From positions 1,568,001 to 1,632,000 of the forward strand of contig CAVVHE010000004.1 in the NCBI GenBank assembly GCA_963748015.1: a stretch of 64,000 nucleotides of DNA, given 5' to 3'. Origin of the DNA: Terriglobia bacterium (lineage in GTDB: Bacteria > Acidobacteriota > Polarisedimenticolia > Polarisedimenticolales > JAIQFR01). Positions 29,803 to 39,874 of the stretch are shown piece by piece. Numbering within the stretch: position 1 is the first letter of the stretch; every line of letters begins with the position of its first letter. Below the pieces are notes generated by a model. It saw nothing but the letters and a program-made list of their open reading frames with translations. It made no database searches and was not told the DNA's origin. The position numbers were made by a program, and so were the translations under genes.

Positions 29803-32800
29803 CTACGGACAGACGATCGTCCTCTCCGCGCCGGAGGAATCCTGCCCCCAGCTGCCCATGTACGGAATCATCGCGCGGACCAGGTAGTGGAAGATCGTTC
29901 CGGCGCCCGGATCCTGGGTCTCCGTCCAGCACGTGACGTCGGCCAACCAGGTCGTGCAGCCGACATGGAATTCCGCATCTTCCGCCCTCGCCACCTCGTA
30001 AGACGAGGCCCAACCCTGCGGAGGCCAGCAGAAAGTGTTCTTTCCCCCGGGGAGGGTAAAGCCCGCCGCACCCGAAACTTCGTCGATCACCCCGAAGCCG
30101 GGATCGCCCGCGCACTGGTTGTCCAGCCCGTCGTTGACCTCTTGCGCTCCGGGATAGGTCGCCGCCTGGTAGTCGTTGCAGTCGTGGCATTCGTTGAACC
30201 CGTCCCCGTCCCCGTCGTCGCAGCAAGCGATTCGCGCGCCGAACACGGCGTTCGAGCCGGGCCTCGCGTCCACGACGGCGAGGCCGAAAGCGGATCCCGT
30301 CCACTGGAGTGAAGGCGTCTGCGTGAGCGCGGGGTCGCTCGTGACGCGCACCTCCGCGGACACCAGGGTTCCGTCGGCGCCGATGCGCTGGAAATAGACC
30401 TCGGAGTTCCCGTCTTTCGTGTCGATCCAAGCGATCCCGAACTCGCTCCCCGTCCACGCGGCGGAGTAGAGCGGCAGCGTGCCGGTCACCCGCATGAGCG
30501 GAACGTCGCTGCCGATCTTCGTCCCGTCGGACGCGAGCCTCGCGTAGAAAATCTGTTGGTACCCGAAGTGGTTGTCGATCCAGAAGAGCCCGTACCCGTC
30601 CCCGCGCCAGACGATCGACGGCGATCGCGAGGTTCCCGCGAGGTACGTCGCGCGCTGCTCCGGACCCAGCGGCAGTCCCGCCGCGTCGAGCCGGACGACG
30701 TAGATCTCCCAGTCTCCCGTGCGGGCGTCGTTGTAGGTGACCCCGTACTCGGAGCCGGTCCACACCACCCCGCAAGGGTTCGAAGCGTACGGGGGTGCGG
30801 TGACGGAACGGGGTGTCCCGAGTACGTTCCCGCTCGCGTCGATCGTGCGGAAGTAGTTTTCCCACGATCCGTCGCGGTTGTCGTTCCAGAACAGCCCGAA
30901 CTCCCGTCCGTCCCAGAGGAGCCGCGGCGTGCGCGAGGTCGCCGTGTCCGTCGCGGCGACCGCACTGTCGGTGCCGATCTTTCCGCCGGCCGAGTCGATG
31001 CGAACGAAGAAGACCCGCGTGTTCCCGTCGCGGGCGTCCTCCCAAGCGATGCCGTAGTCGCGGCCCGTCCAGACGATCCAGGGGGAATCCGAGACCCCCG
31101 GCGCGTTGGTCACCCGCAAGTCCGTGCCGATCTTGTTCATCGAGGCGTCGAGCAGGGCGAAGTAGATCTCGCTGTTGCCGTCACGTTGGTCGGACCAGGC
31201 GAGGCCGTAGCCGTTCCCGTTCCAGGCCAGGCGGCCGCTCGCCGCACCGGCAGCGCCGGGCGCGAGGTTGACCTCGGCGGCCACCTTCTCGGGGTTGTCG
31301 CAGGCGCCGTCGCAACCCTCGTCCACCTGGCCGTCGCAGTCGTCGTCCTTGCCGTTGCAGGTTTCCGTCGCGTCGGGGGAGATGAGGGGGTCCGCGTCGT
31401 TGCAGTCCTGGGGCGGGAAGATGCCGTCGTTGTCGCCGTCGGCGATCAGCTCGGCGCAGTCCGCCACCCCGTCGCCGTCGAGATCGGCGCAGTTGGTCGT
31501 GCAGCTCGAAGTCGAGTCATCGCAGTCGACACCGCAGATCAGGCCATCGCCGTCCGCGTCGAAGACGTCGGGGGTCGCCGGGTTGCAGTCGTTGTCCAGG
31601 CCGTCGCAGCCGATTTCCGGAAGCCCGGGATTCACCGCGGCCCGCGTGTCGTCGCAGTCCGTGCCGTTCGCCACCCAGCCCGCCGGCGCCGCGCACGCGG
31701 CGATCGTGCCCGCGGGCGCGCCGTAGGTGTCGCCGTCGGCGTCGGAATGCCAGGTCGGGGCGTCGAGCGCCTCTTCGTCAGCGGCCCCGTCGCAGTCGTT
31801 GTCCTCGCCATCGCACACCTCGGCCGACGGCGCCCCCGGCGTCGCACCGCAGCGCGTCCCGTCCGCCGTGCCATCGCTGCGCCACAGCTCGGTCCCGTTC
31901 GTGCCCTCGTACGCGGCGAAATACACGAGGCCTCGGAAGACGGCCAGCGATTGGGGGTAGGAGTGCCCCTGGGGGTTGATGTCGCGCACCAGCGCGGTGC
32001 CCCCGTACGTCCCGTCGCTCGTCCAGAGCTCGATGCCGTGCACGCCGTCCGAGGCGCAGAAGTAGAGCGTTTCCCCGACCCCCAGCAGGCAGTACGGATC
32101 GTTTCCCCCGAGGCCGGGTAGCACGTCCCGCACCAGCGCGGTTCCGGCCTGCGTGCCGTCGCTGACCCAGAGCTCCCGGCCGGTCTGCCCGTTGTCCGCC
32201 AGAAGCATGACCCTCGAGCCGACCTGCGTGAGTCCGATTCCCATGCAGCCGCCGGGGCCGGGATTGATGTCGTGGACCATGAACGTGCCACCGGCGGTGC
32301 CGTCGCTGCGCCACAGCTCCTCGCCACTCACACCGTCGCTGGCAAGGTAGAACACGAGACCCGGCGTCGCGGTCAGCCGCGCGGGCGCCGATCCGTCGGA
32401 CCCGGCCACGGCGTCTCGGACGATCCACGTCCCCGCGGCCGTGCCGTCGCTGCGCCACAGCTCGTAGCCTGTCGCGGGCTCGTAGGCCCGGAAATAGAGG
32501 ACCCCGTTCAGGACGACCGGGAAGTCCGGATTCGACCCGCCCGACGCGATGTCCTTCACCATGTAGGTGCCGGCGTCGGTGCCGTCGCTGCGCCACAGCT
32601 CGTTGCCGTGCAGACCGTCGTTGGCCTCGAAGTAGAGAATGCCGTTCATCACCGCGAGGTGGGCCGGGCTTGCGCTCGGCGCGCCGGGATTGATGTCCTT
32701 GACCCGCGCCGTGCCGCCGGTGGTGCCGTCGGACTTCCACAGCTCGGACCCGGAGGTGCCGTCGGCGGCCACGAAGAACAGGGTCGATCCGACGGACCGG

Positions 32801-35800
32801 AGGTTCGAGGGCCACGAGCCGGCGGTCCCCGGATTGACGTCCTTCACGAGAACCGTGCCGGCGGCCGTACCGTCGCTTTTCCACAACTCGCCGCCGGTCG
32901 ATGCGTCGGCGGCCACGAAGAAGAGGGTCGAGCCGGCGGGCGTGAGGCTCGCAGGCGACGAGCTCGCGGTCCCCGGATAGACGTCCTTCACCAGGACCGT
33001 GCCGGCGGCCGTGCCGTCGCTCTTCCACAACTCGGTGCCCGTGGCCGGGTCGTCGGCCTTGAAGAACAGCGTCTGGCCCACCGCGGCGAGCTCGTACGGG
33101 CTGGAGCCCACGGACCCGGGAAGGATGTCGCGGACCAAGCCGGTGCCCTGGCCTCCCGCGGCGCACACCGTCTGCCCCGCGCTCTCGCAGGCCCCAGTGC
33201 CCGATGTGCATGCCAGGCCCAGGGTGAATCCCTCGTCGATGGCCCCGTCGCAGTCGTTGTCTTTCCCGTCGCAGGTCTCGTCAGCGCCAGGATGGACGGT
33301 CGGATCGGCGTCATCGCAGTCCGTGCCGCTCCGATAGCCGTCCCCATCGGCGTCGCCCCAGCATTCGAGATCGAGGCGCACCGGCAGGATGCTCGCGCCG
33401 TAGCTCCCGTACTGATCCTGGGGCTTGTACCAAGTGTGTTGCTGTCCCGGATAGGTTTCGCTCCCGGCAAAGTGGAAGACGTAGGCGTAGCTGCCGTTTG
33501 TCGGGCTCGAGGTCGATGACCAGTGCCGGCCGCCCCAGCCCTGCCCGTAGTGCAGGAATGGTCCGGTGCAGCCCGGAGCCACGCTTGCCTGATTGCCGAG
33601 CGTCACGTAGTACAGATGCCCCATCTCGCTGCCCGAGCAGTGGTACCCGGTCGCGGTGTCGGTGCTGTCGCACGTGGCGTCGGGGACCTGGGTGGCCGGC
33701 AGGCGCCAGTCGTCGTGGCCGGCGTACACGAGGTTCCCGACCCAGGTCATGGAGTCCGCCCATCCCGATCCGCTGAATCCGACCGCGAAGTCCTTCACCC
33801 ACATCAGGCAGGTGCTCGTCTCGGTCACCGTGCCGTCGCCGTGATCGACGAGACCGGCGCCGCAGCTGCAGTACTCGTCGGTCAGCCCGTTGCAGTTGTC
33901 GTCGATCCCGTTGCCGCAGACTTCCGCCGCAAGCGGGTTGACCGCGGCGTTGGCGTCGTTGCAATCGTCCGGGGACGTGAAGCCGTCGCCGTCGGCGTCG
34001 TAGCGCACGGCCGGGTAGCCGGGAGACGGCGTGCATGCGGGGATCGACCTCACCGCCCAAGCCCCCGCATGAGAGCTCTTGGATGTGTCGAGCTGGCCGC
34101 CGTCGATCAAGTCCTGCGTCATTGCCGACGCGCCGTCCGCCGGGTACGTCGTCGCGGTCCAGTAGGAGGACCCACCGAGGGTGAAGGGGTCGGAGTGCCC
34201 CCAGCGAATCATGCGGCGGAAGTAGAGCGTGCCAAGCTCCGTGTCCGGGCAGTTCGCTCCAGCCGGACGGCTGTTGCAGACCGAGCCGTCGGGGTTGCGG
34301 CCGGAGGGCAGGCGCCAGTCGGAGCGACCCGCGAATACGAGGTCCCGGGCCCACGCTCCAGCAGCCTGCCAGGTCATGGTGGTCCCGGCCTGGGCGGCGT
34401 TCTTGAGCCACATCAGGCATGCGTTGGCGTGCGTCACCGTACCGTCGCCGTTGTCGACGAGATCGCCCCCCAGCGTGAACGGCCCGCTCGTCGCCCTGTC
34501 GTCGGGCCAGGAAGTGGACGAAACCCGGATCTGGTAGCCCGAGCCCGGCGTGACGTCGGTCGGGATCTCCCAGCTGCGCGAACTGTCGAGGGAGTAGCCC
34601 AGCGTGCGCACCGTCGCGCCCGCCTGCAGCAGTTCCAGTTTCACCGTTTCGGCGCCGTAGGTTCCCGCGTTCCGATGGCAGGTCCAGGCGATCCCGTGCG
34701 TCGTGCCGAGCGTCCACACCTCGCCCCCCGAAGGAGCCTCGACGGTCAGGTTGCACGGCGGGAGGATCTCGATCGGGCCGAGTTGCGCGTACGTCCCCGA
34801 CCACTTGCCCGACCGGTCGTGCGCGCGGATCGTGAAGTAGTAGACACCCGGGGACAGGGCCGAGGTGGTGTAGGTCGTCACGTTGCCGATGTCGGGCGAG
34901 CCGGAGTTGGGGGGCGGGGATGCGTACCCCGCGGTCATGCGCACGCTGTAGCCGTCGACGCCCGAGATGTCGTCGGTCGCGCGGCGCCAGGTGAACGTGA
35001 CGTAGGGGAACTCCGTGCGCCCCCCGACCGTGTGACTCGTGCTCGCGAGTTGACTCGGCGGATCGGGCGGGTAAACATCGCCGATGTCATAGCCGACGTT
35101 CCACGCGGTCGCCCAGAGCGGCTCGAGAAGCCCGGGGTTCATCGCGGCGAACGCGCTCAGGAACTCCTGTGGACGCACCGGTTTGAACTCTTTCACGGTC
35201 GCAAGAATCAGGTTCGCGCCCACCGCCAGCTCGTCCGCGATCCCGTCGCCGTCGTGATCGTCCAGATCCTCGAGTCGTGCCGCGAAGGGCCCGATCGTAT
35301 TGCCGTTCCCCTGAACCCGGACGCGGAACAGGACCGTGGAAGACGGAGGCGACCAGTCGGGCGTGAGGTAGCGTGCGATGAGAGCGTTACTCCCGGGGCC
35401 CGGCGGCTCGTCGCCACCGCTGTCGTTGTCCGTGGCGACCACCGAGCAGGCGGTGGAAGTGTTGCACTGCATGATGGACACGACAGGATCGAGCGTCCCC
35501 TCTACGGCGCCGACGGCGGCGATTCGGTCCGCCGCCGCGGATACGGCCCGCTTGGGCTTCAGCTGTCGGTCGTAGACCACCTGGCCACCCGCGACAGTTA
35601 TCGCGCCGCCGAAGGCGAACGTGCGGTTCTCGTCTTCGATGTCGCGGAGAAGCGCCGCGACAAACCCCTCCGCTCGATCGGGGTCGCACTCGCAAGGCGT
35701 GGAATCGGCTTCGACGCAGTTCGAGGTGTCCGAAGCGGTCGGAGGGGATTCCAGATCGTCGCCCGCTACGGGCGCGAACAGCGGCCTCACCGAGTAACGC

Positions 35801-37104
35801 GACTTGTAGCTCCGCAGGAACGAGTCGGCGACCCAGGCCGACCATCCCTCGTACCAAGCCCAGAGGCCGCCCTCGTTGCACCAACGGCAGTGACCGCAGC
35901 CGAGCAAGAACTCGTCGACTCCGCCCAAGGGGTCGTCGCAGACGCCGTTGCAATAGTCAAGGCTGTGATACGGCTCTCCGAAGCTCTCGCTCCAGCGATG
36001 CCCCCACTCGTGAGCCACGGTCTCGTCGTCCCACTGGGTCTGAGCGTGGTGGATGTGAATCTCGTCGAACAGCCAGTTGTAGTAGCTGTCGCTCGACGGC
36101 CACTGCACGTCGACCGTGGGCGCCCACATCGCGATCCGCTCCGCGCTCCAGCGGGCCACGCGCGTGACCGTGTTGTGGATGTTGAGCGCACCGGCGTTGT
36201 CGGTAGGCTCGACCGTCCCGAAGTTGAGCGCGGTACCGCCGAAGTTGTTCGAGGTCCAGGTACGCCAGCTGTAGTTCCGTTCCCACGTGGCGTCTTCGAC
36301 CTCGACCGCACCGTTCTTGGCCTCGAATCGCACGTAGATGTCCGGCGTTCCGCCCTCGCTGAACGACGCGTCGAAGTACCCCTGCTCGTCGGTCTGCGTG
36401 ATGGCGAGAACGTCGTCGGCCTGAAGGGCACGATTGTCCTTGATCTCGACGTAAACGTTGTCCGCTCCGATGCGGTCGCTGCGGCACCCGCTGTCGGCGC
36501 TGCACGCTTGCAGGTTGTCCGCGCAGGAATCGACCTGGTAATCGAAATCCGTGTCGATGCAGCGCGCCGGCCGGGAGTACACGAGGCGACCGTAGACGCG
36601 CACGGACCGCAAGACCGCGGACGGACTCGGCACCGCCTGGGGAGCGAGGCGATCGAACGGTGCCACCGAGACCACGGCGCCGCCATGCGTCATCAGCTCG
36701 ACGTGTTGCGCGGACAGGTCGAGGCGTTTCGCCACCGTCTCGCCGTCGAATTCGAAGGCGAAGGTCACCGGCGCGGACGGCTCGACTACGATCTCGAAAT
36801 CGATCGTGAGAGGCGTCTCCGGAGCCACACGCACGCTCGACGGGACGGCAAGACGCACCACGCGCGGCGGTGCCGTGGTGGCGTTCCGCAATCCGACCGA
36901 CGGGGCGAAGCGAAAACCGGAAAGAACGGCGGGCGTTCCGGATTCGATGACGAGTTGCCCGGCGACCGCCGAGCCGCTCTGAGCCGCCCTCGGCTCTCCA
37001 AGGAGTCGGACCTTCACCGGGGGCCCCACCTTGGCGAGCGCCATGCCTACCCATGTCAATGCCATAGCGAACAGCACGACCTCACGAAACGCTCGGGTAC
37101 GCAT
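29803..37104 (-). CDS. Giant (2433 aa) secreted multidomain protein: HExxH metalloprotease-like, FN3/Ig-like, 2x DUF1566, MopE-like Cys/Asp repeats, 9x ELWxxDGT
   Basis: Signal peptide; AHEWGH; DNGDGTVT...WRLP twice; DCDD...PGA.E.CDG.DNDCDG repeats; nine ELW[KRVT]SDGT; GGAGGAGG SD. Confidence 0.88.
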   Translation of the reverse strand: MRTRAFREVVLFAMALTWVGMALAKVGPPVKVRLLGEPRAAQSGSAVAGQLVIESGTPAVLSGFRFAPSVGLRNATTAPPRVVRLAVPSSVRVAPETPLTIDFEIVVEPSAPVTFAFEFDGETVAKRLDLSAQHVELMTHGGAVVSVAPFDRLAPQAVPSPSAVLRSVRVYGRLVYSRPARCIDTDFDYQVDSCADNLQACSADSGCRSDRIGADNVYVEIKDNRALQADDVLAITQTDEQGYFDASFSEGGTPDIYVRFEAKNGAVEVEDATWERNYSWRTWTSNNFGGTALNFGTVEPTDNAGALNIHNTVTRVARWSAERIAMWAPTVDVQWPSSDSYYNWLFDEIHIHHAQTQWDDETVAHEWGHRWSESFGEPYHSLDYCNGVCDDPLGGVDEFLLGCGHCRWCNEGGLWAWYEGWSAWVADSFLRSYKSRYSVRPLFAPVAGDDLESPPTASDTSNCVEADSTPCECDPDRAEGFVAALLRDIEDENRTFAFGGAITVAGGQVVYDRQLKPKRAVSAAADRIAAVGAVEGTLDPVVSIMQCNTSTACSVVATDNDSGGDEPPGPGSNALIARYLTPDWSPPSSTVLFRVRVQGNGNTIGPFAARLEDLDDHDGDGIADELAVGANLILATVKEFKPVRPQEFLSAFAAMNPGLLEPLWATAWNVGYDIGDVYPPDPPSQLASTSHTVGGRTEFPYVTFTWRRATDDISGVDGYSVRMTAGYASPPPNSGSPDIGNVTTYTTSALSPGVYYFTIRAHDRSGKWSGTYAQLGPIEILPPCNLTVEAPSGGEVWTLGTTHGIAWTCHRNAGTYGAETVKLELLQAGATVRTLGYSLDSSRSWEIPTDVTPGSGYQIRVSSTSWPDDRATSGPFTLGGDLVDNGDGTVTHANACLMWLKNAAQAGTTMTWQAAGAWARDLVFAGRSDWRLPSGRNPDGSVCNSRPAGANCPDTELGTLYFRRMIRWGHSDPFTLGGSSYWTATTYPADGASAMTQDLIDGGQLDTSKSSHAGAWAVRSIPACTPSPGYPAVRYDADGDGFTSPDDCNDANAAVNPLAAEVCGNGIDDNCNGLTDEYCSCGAGLVDHGDGTVTETSTCLMWVKDFAVGFSGSGWADSMTWVGNLVYAGHDDWRLPATQVPDATCDSTDTATGYHCSGSEMGHLYYVTLGNQASVAPGCTGPFLHYGQGWGGRHWSSTSSPTNGSYAYVFHFAGSETYPGQQHTWYKPQDQYGSYGASILPVRLDLECWGDADGDGYRSGTDCDDADPTVHPGADETCDGKDNDCDGAIDEGFTLGLACTSGTGACESAGQTVCAAGGQGTGLVRDILPGSVGSSPYELAAVGQTLFFKADDPATGTELWKSDGTAAGTVLVKDVYPGTASSSPASLTPAGSTLFFVAADASTGGELWKSDGTAAGTVLVKDVNPGTAGSWPSNLRSVGSTLFFVAADGTSGSELWKSDGTTGGTARVKDINPGAPSASPAHLAVMNGILYFEANDGLHGNELWRSDGTDAGTYMVKDIASGGSNPDFPVVLNGVLYFRAYEPATGYELWRSDGTAAGTWIVRDAVAGSDGSAPARLTATPGLVFYLASDGVSGEELWRSDGTAGGTFMVHDINPGPGGCMGIGLTQVGSRVMLLADNGQTGRELWVSDGTQAGTALVRDVLPGLGGNDPYCLLGVGETLYFCASDGVHGIELWTSDGTYGGTALVRDINPQGHSYPQSLAVFRGLVYFAAYEGTNGTELWRSDGTADGTRCGATPGAPSAEVCDGEDNDCDGAADEEALDAPTWHSDADGDTYGAPAGTIAACAAPAGWVANGTDCDDTRAAVNPGLPEIGCDGLDNDCNPATPDVFDADGDGLICGVDCDDSTSSCTTNCADLDGDGVADCAELIADGDNDGIFPPQDCNDADPLISPDATETCNGKDDDCDGQVDEGCDGACDNPEKVAAEVNLAPGAAGAASGRLAWNGNGYGLAWSDQRDGNSEIYFALLDASMNKIGTDLRVTNAPGVSDSPWIVWTGRDYGIAWEDARDGNTRVFFVRIDSAGGKIGTDSAVAATDTATSRTPRLLWDGREFGLFWNDNRDGSWENYFRTIDASGNVLGTPRSVTAPPYASNPCGVVWTGSEYGVTYNDARTGDWEIYVVRLDAAGLPLGPEQRATYLAGTSRSPSIVWRGDGYGLFWIDNHFGYQQIFYARLASDGTKIGSDVPLMRVTGTLPLYSAAWTGSEFGIAWIDTKDGNSEVYFQRIGADGTLVSAEVRVTSDPALTQTPSLQWTGSAFGLAVVDARPGSNAVFGARIACCDDGDGDGFNECHDCNDYQAATYPGAQEVNDGLDNQCAGDPGFGVIDEVSGAAGFTLPGGKNTFCWPPQGWASSYEVARAEDAEFHVGCTTWLADVTCWTETQDPGAGTIFHYLVRAMIPYMGSWGQDSSGAERTIVCP

Positions 37105-37634
37105 GACCTCCTCCTTCCGGACCGGCCGCTACATGGTCCGCTCCGTCGGCCGGAGCAGCTCGGATTCTTCTTGAACTTGGCGGCCAGCATTGGAGGGCGC
37201 GGAAGAACCGGAAAGGCCCGACAAGGCGGACCGATCGTCGCGAAGGAACGGGGGAACGAGTCCCCGCGCCATCGCCGGAACGCCACACCTCCCCCGCCGG
37301 TTCATGTTGTGCCCCCACCCGACATGCGGCCACGCGACGGACATTTCAAGGAATATACAGGCGGTGAAAAGGGTTTGGGCCAATTCTTTCTTGATTTTGC
37401 GAACGGAGGCGGCGCACTACAGGAGCCAGACCGCGTATTAGCCGGGGTCGCGGGAATGCTCGGACGGGCTTCTAGCCTCGCGGATCTCGAGCCGAGGATG
37501 CATCGCGCATCCTGATCAGTCTGGCGGCCACCCCATCCCGCGGCCGCGGCACGGGCGGCCGACCCCCGGCAACCGTGTTAGCGTGGTTCACGTCCGTCCT
37601 GGTTCTCGTGGGCCGGATTCGTCGAGGTCAACTC

Positions 37635-38912
37635 ATGGTGAAGGGCGCGGCCCCAACGAAGCGTTGGGCTGCTGATGCGATAGGCCATGCCGGCAGGGCG
37701 CGTGACCGCGGAACCCTCGCGCGGCGGACGGCGCTCGCGGCGTCGGTGCTCCTCCTGCTGCTGGCCGCCACGCGGGCGGCCGCGAATTCGACCACGACGG
37801 TCGATGCCGGACGCGGCCCCGTCACGGTCTACGTGCCGGATGCGTACACCCCCACGACGCCGACGCCGCTCGTCCTCCTCCTCCACGGCTACGGATGGTC
37901 CGGTCAGGAAGCGGAGTGGTATTTCCAGTACTTGCCATTCGTCGATACGCGGAACTTCCTGTACGCGTTTCCGAATGGGAGAGTCGATCCCGCCGGCAAC
38001 GGCTTCTGGGACGCGACGGATGCCTGCTGCAACTTCTACGGCGTGGGCGGCCCGGACGACGACTCGAGCTACCTGCGCAACCTGATCGGGGCGATCGGAC
38101 GGGCACTCAATGTCGACTCGCAGCGCGTCTACCTGATCGGCCACTCGAACGGCGCGTTCATGTCCTTCCGCATGGCCTGCGATCATTCCGGCATCATCGC
38201 CGCGATCGTCGCCCTCGCCGGCGCCACGTTCTTCAACCCGGCCGACTGCGGACCGCTTCAGCCCGTGCACGTGCTGGAAATCCACGGTACCGCCGACAGC
38301 GTGGTCGCTTACGACGGGGACTACAACAACGGCGTCCAATTCCCCGGAGCCATTCAGACCTCCCAGACCTGGGCGAGCTATGACGGGTGCAACGCCACGC
38401 TTTCCACGACCCGGCTCGGCGCGCTCGATCTCATGGACCCAGCCGGCCCTGATACCGACATCATCCGCTATACCGCCGGGTGCAACGTTCCTGGGTCCGT
38501 CGAGCACTGGAGGATCAACGACGGACCGCACGGGCCATCGCTGAGTTCCTCCTTCGAGGGCCTGACGCTCGATTACCTGTTCGCCCACCCCAAGCAGCTG
38601 ATCCGCCTCGACGGCCCGTCGACGCTCACCTGGCGGGCCGTCAGCGCCGCCAACGGGTACAACGTGTACCGGGGATACCTGCCGTTCGTCGACGCGAACA
38701 AGGACGGGCTGCCGGACGGCGGCTACGGGCTCTGCGTCAGCCAGACCGATCCGAACGTCTTCGACATGGTCTTCGACGACCCGGCGGTGCCGACCCCGGG
38801 GCAAGGCTTCTACTACACCCTGGGCTACGTGGATTCCGACTACGGCGTTCCAGGCGGGATCGGCGTCACGAGCGCCGGCCAGCAACGACCCGCGCCGGCG
38901 GCGTGTCCGTGA
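37635..38912 (+). CDS. Secreted PHB depolymerase/LpqC-like esterase with C-terminal module
   Basis: LLLHGYG, WDATDACC, GHSNG nucleophile motif, IHGTAD, GPH. Confidence 0.85.
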   Translation: MVKGAAPTKRWAADAIGHAGRARDRGTLARRTALAASVLLLLLAATRAAANSTTTVDAGRGPVTVYVPDAYTPTTPTPLVLLLHGYGWSGQEAEWYFQYLPFVDTRNFLYAFPNGRVDPAGNGFWDATDACCNFYGVGGPDDDSSYLRNLIGAIGRALNVDSQRVYLIGHSNGAFMSFRMACDHSGIIAAIVALAGATFFNPADCGPLQPVHVLEIHGTADSVVAYDGDYNNGVQFPGAIQTSQTWASYDGCNATLSTTRLGALDLMDPAGPDTDIIRYTAGCNVPGSVEHWRINDGPHGPSLSSSFEGLTLDYLFAHPKQLIRLDGPSTLTWRAVSAANGYNVYRGYLPFVDANKDGLPDGGYGLCVSQTDPNVFDMVFDDPAVPTPGQGFYYTLGYVDSDYGVPGGIGVTSAGQQRPAPAACP

Positions 38913-39075
38913 GGGGCTGAGAACCGTCGAAGCGCGGCCGCCTCGCAGTCCGGGAAGGGCACCGTGAGACCCCCGGAATCCGGATCGACGGGCCGATGTG
39001 TGCGAGTGCCCGCCGGCTCGGAGTGCCGCGTCCCCAGGGACTCCGCCCGTGGGGTGCGGGCGCGGGACGTTTCAG

Positions 39076-39874
39076 TCATTCCCTCTTGCGCGCCTGATGG
39101 CCCAGGGCCCACAACGCGAGCGCCGTGGGATGTGGGTGGCAGCGGGACGACCGGTCGGCCGGGAAGCAGCCCTGCGGCCGCTGCGACGCGCGCAAGGCTT
39201 CGATCCACCTCGGCTCGATAGCGGCGGCATAGCCGAGCTGTCCGAGGAGCGCCAGACGCTCGAAGAACAGGTCCGAGGGGACGGGATCGGCGCGCGCCTC
39301 GGCCAGCAGCCGCGCGGCGTAGCGCAGGCGTAGCGCGTCCGCGTCGACCGGCAGCTTGCAGCCTCGCCAGTGAGCGAACACCAGCCAGAGCGCCTGGTGC
39401 GTCAGCGCCTTGCCCCGCGTGTCGCGCGCCGCGAACTCGAGGCACGCCTCGCCGACGGAACAGGAAAGCGCCTCCACCGGGCACGTCCCCGCGCGAGGGT
39501 CGCCGTCCGTGGCGCCGAGGTCCCGCACGCCCGGTGGAGCCGGCAGATCGGCCGCGGAGGCCGGCGGGAAGGGCGGCTTGGGCAGGCCGAGCAACATGCC
39601 GAAACGCTCGAGCTCCGCCGGGAGGGACCCGCTTCCGCGCTTCGTTCACGACCTCGGCGGCCCGCGGATCGCCCGAAAGCTCGCCGTAGACCTCGACCGC
39701 GACGAGCACGTCCACGCCGGTCTCGTCGCCCGTCGTGCGCAAGTAGTCGAGCGCCCGCGTGACGGAGGGGTCCTTCCCCGCGGCGAGGGAAACGCCGGAC
39801 GCCACCGCGGCGAGCGCGACGGCGAGCGTCAGCAGCCGCCGGGTGCCCGGAAAGAGATCGTGAAAGGCTGGCAC
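39076..39874 (-). CDS. Secreted hypothetical protein, DUF4735-like; frameshift near 39622
   Basis: Signal peptide, LTHQ.L, DLFFE, WI...Q.PQGCF, CHPHPTALALWAL; two ORFs joined by one indel. Confidence 0.55.

Noticed and set aside
33370..34470. DUF1566 domains as an active DGR target
   Set aside because: There is no reverse transcriptase or template repeat in the window, and the domains are internal.
37240..37330. GGAACGGGGGAAC resembling the start of a c-di-AMP (ydaO) riboswitch
   Set aside because: The downstream conserved elements (GGGGTGAATC, CCGTCAGCTAAC) are absent.
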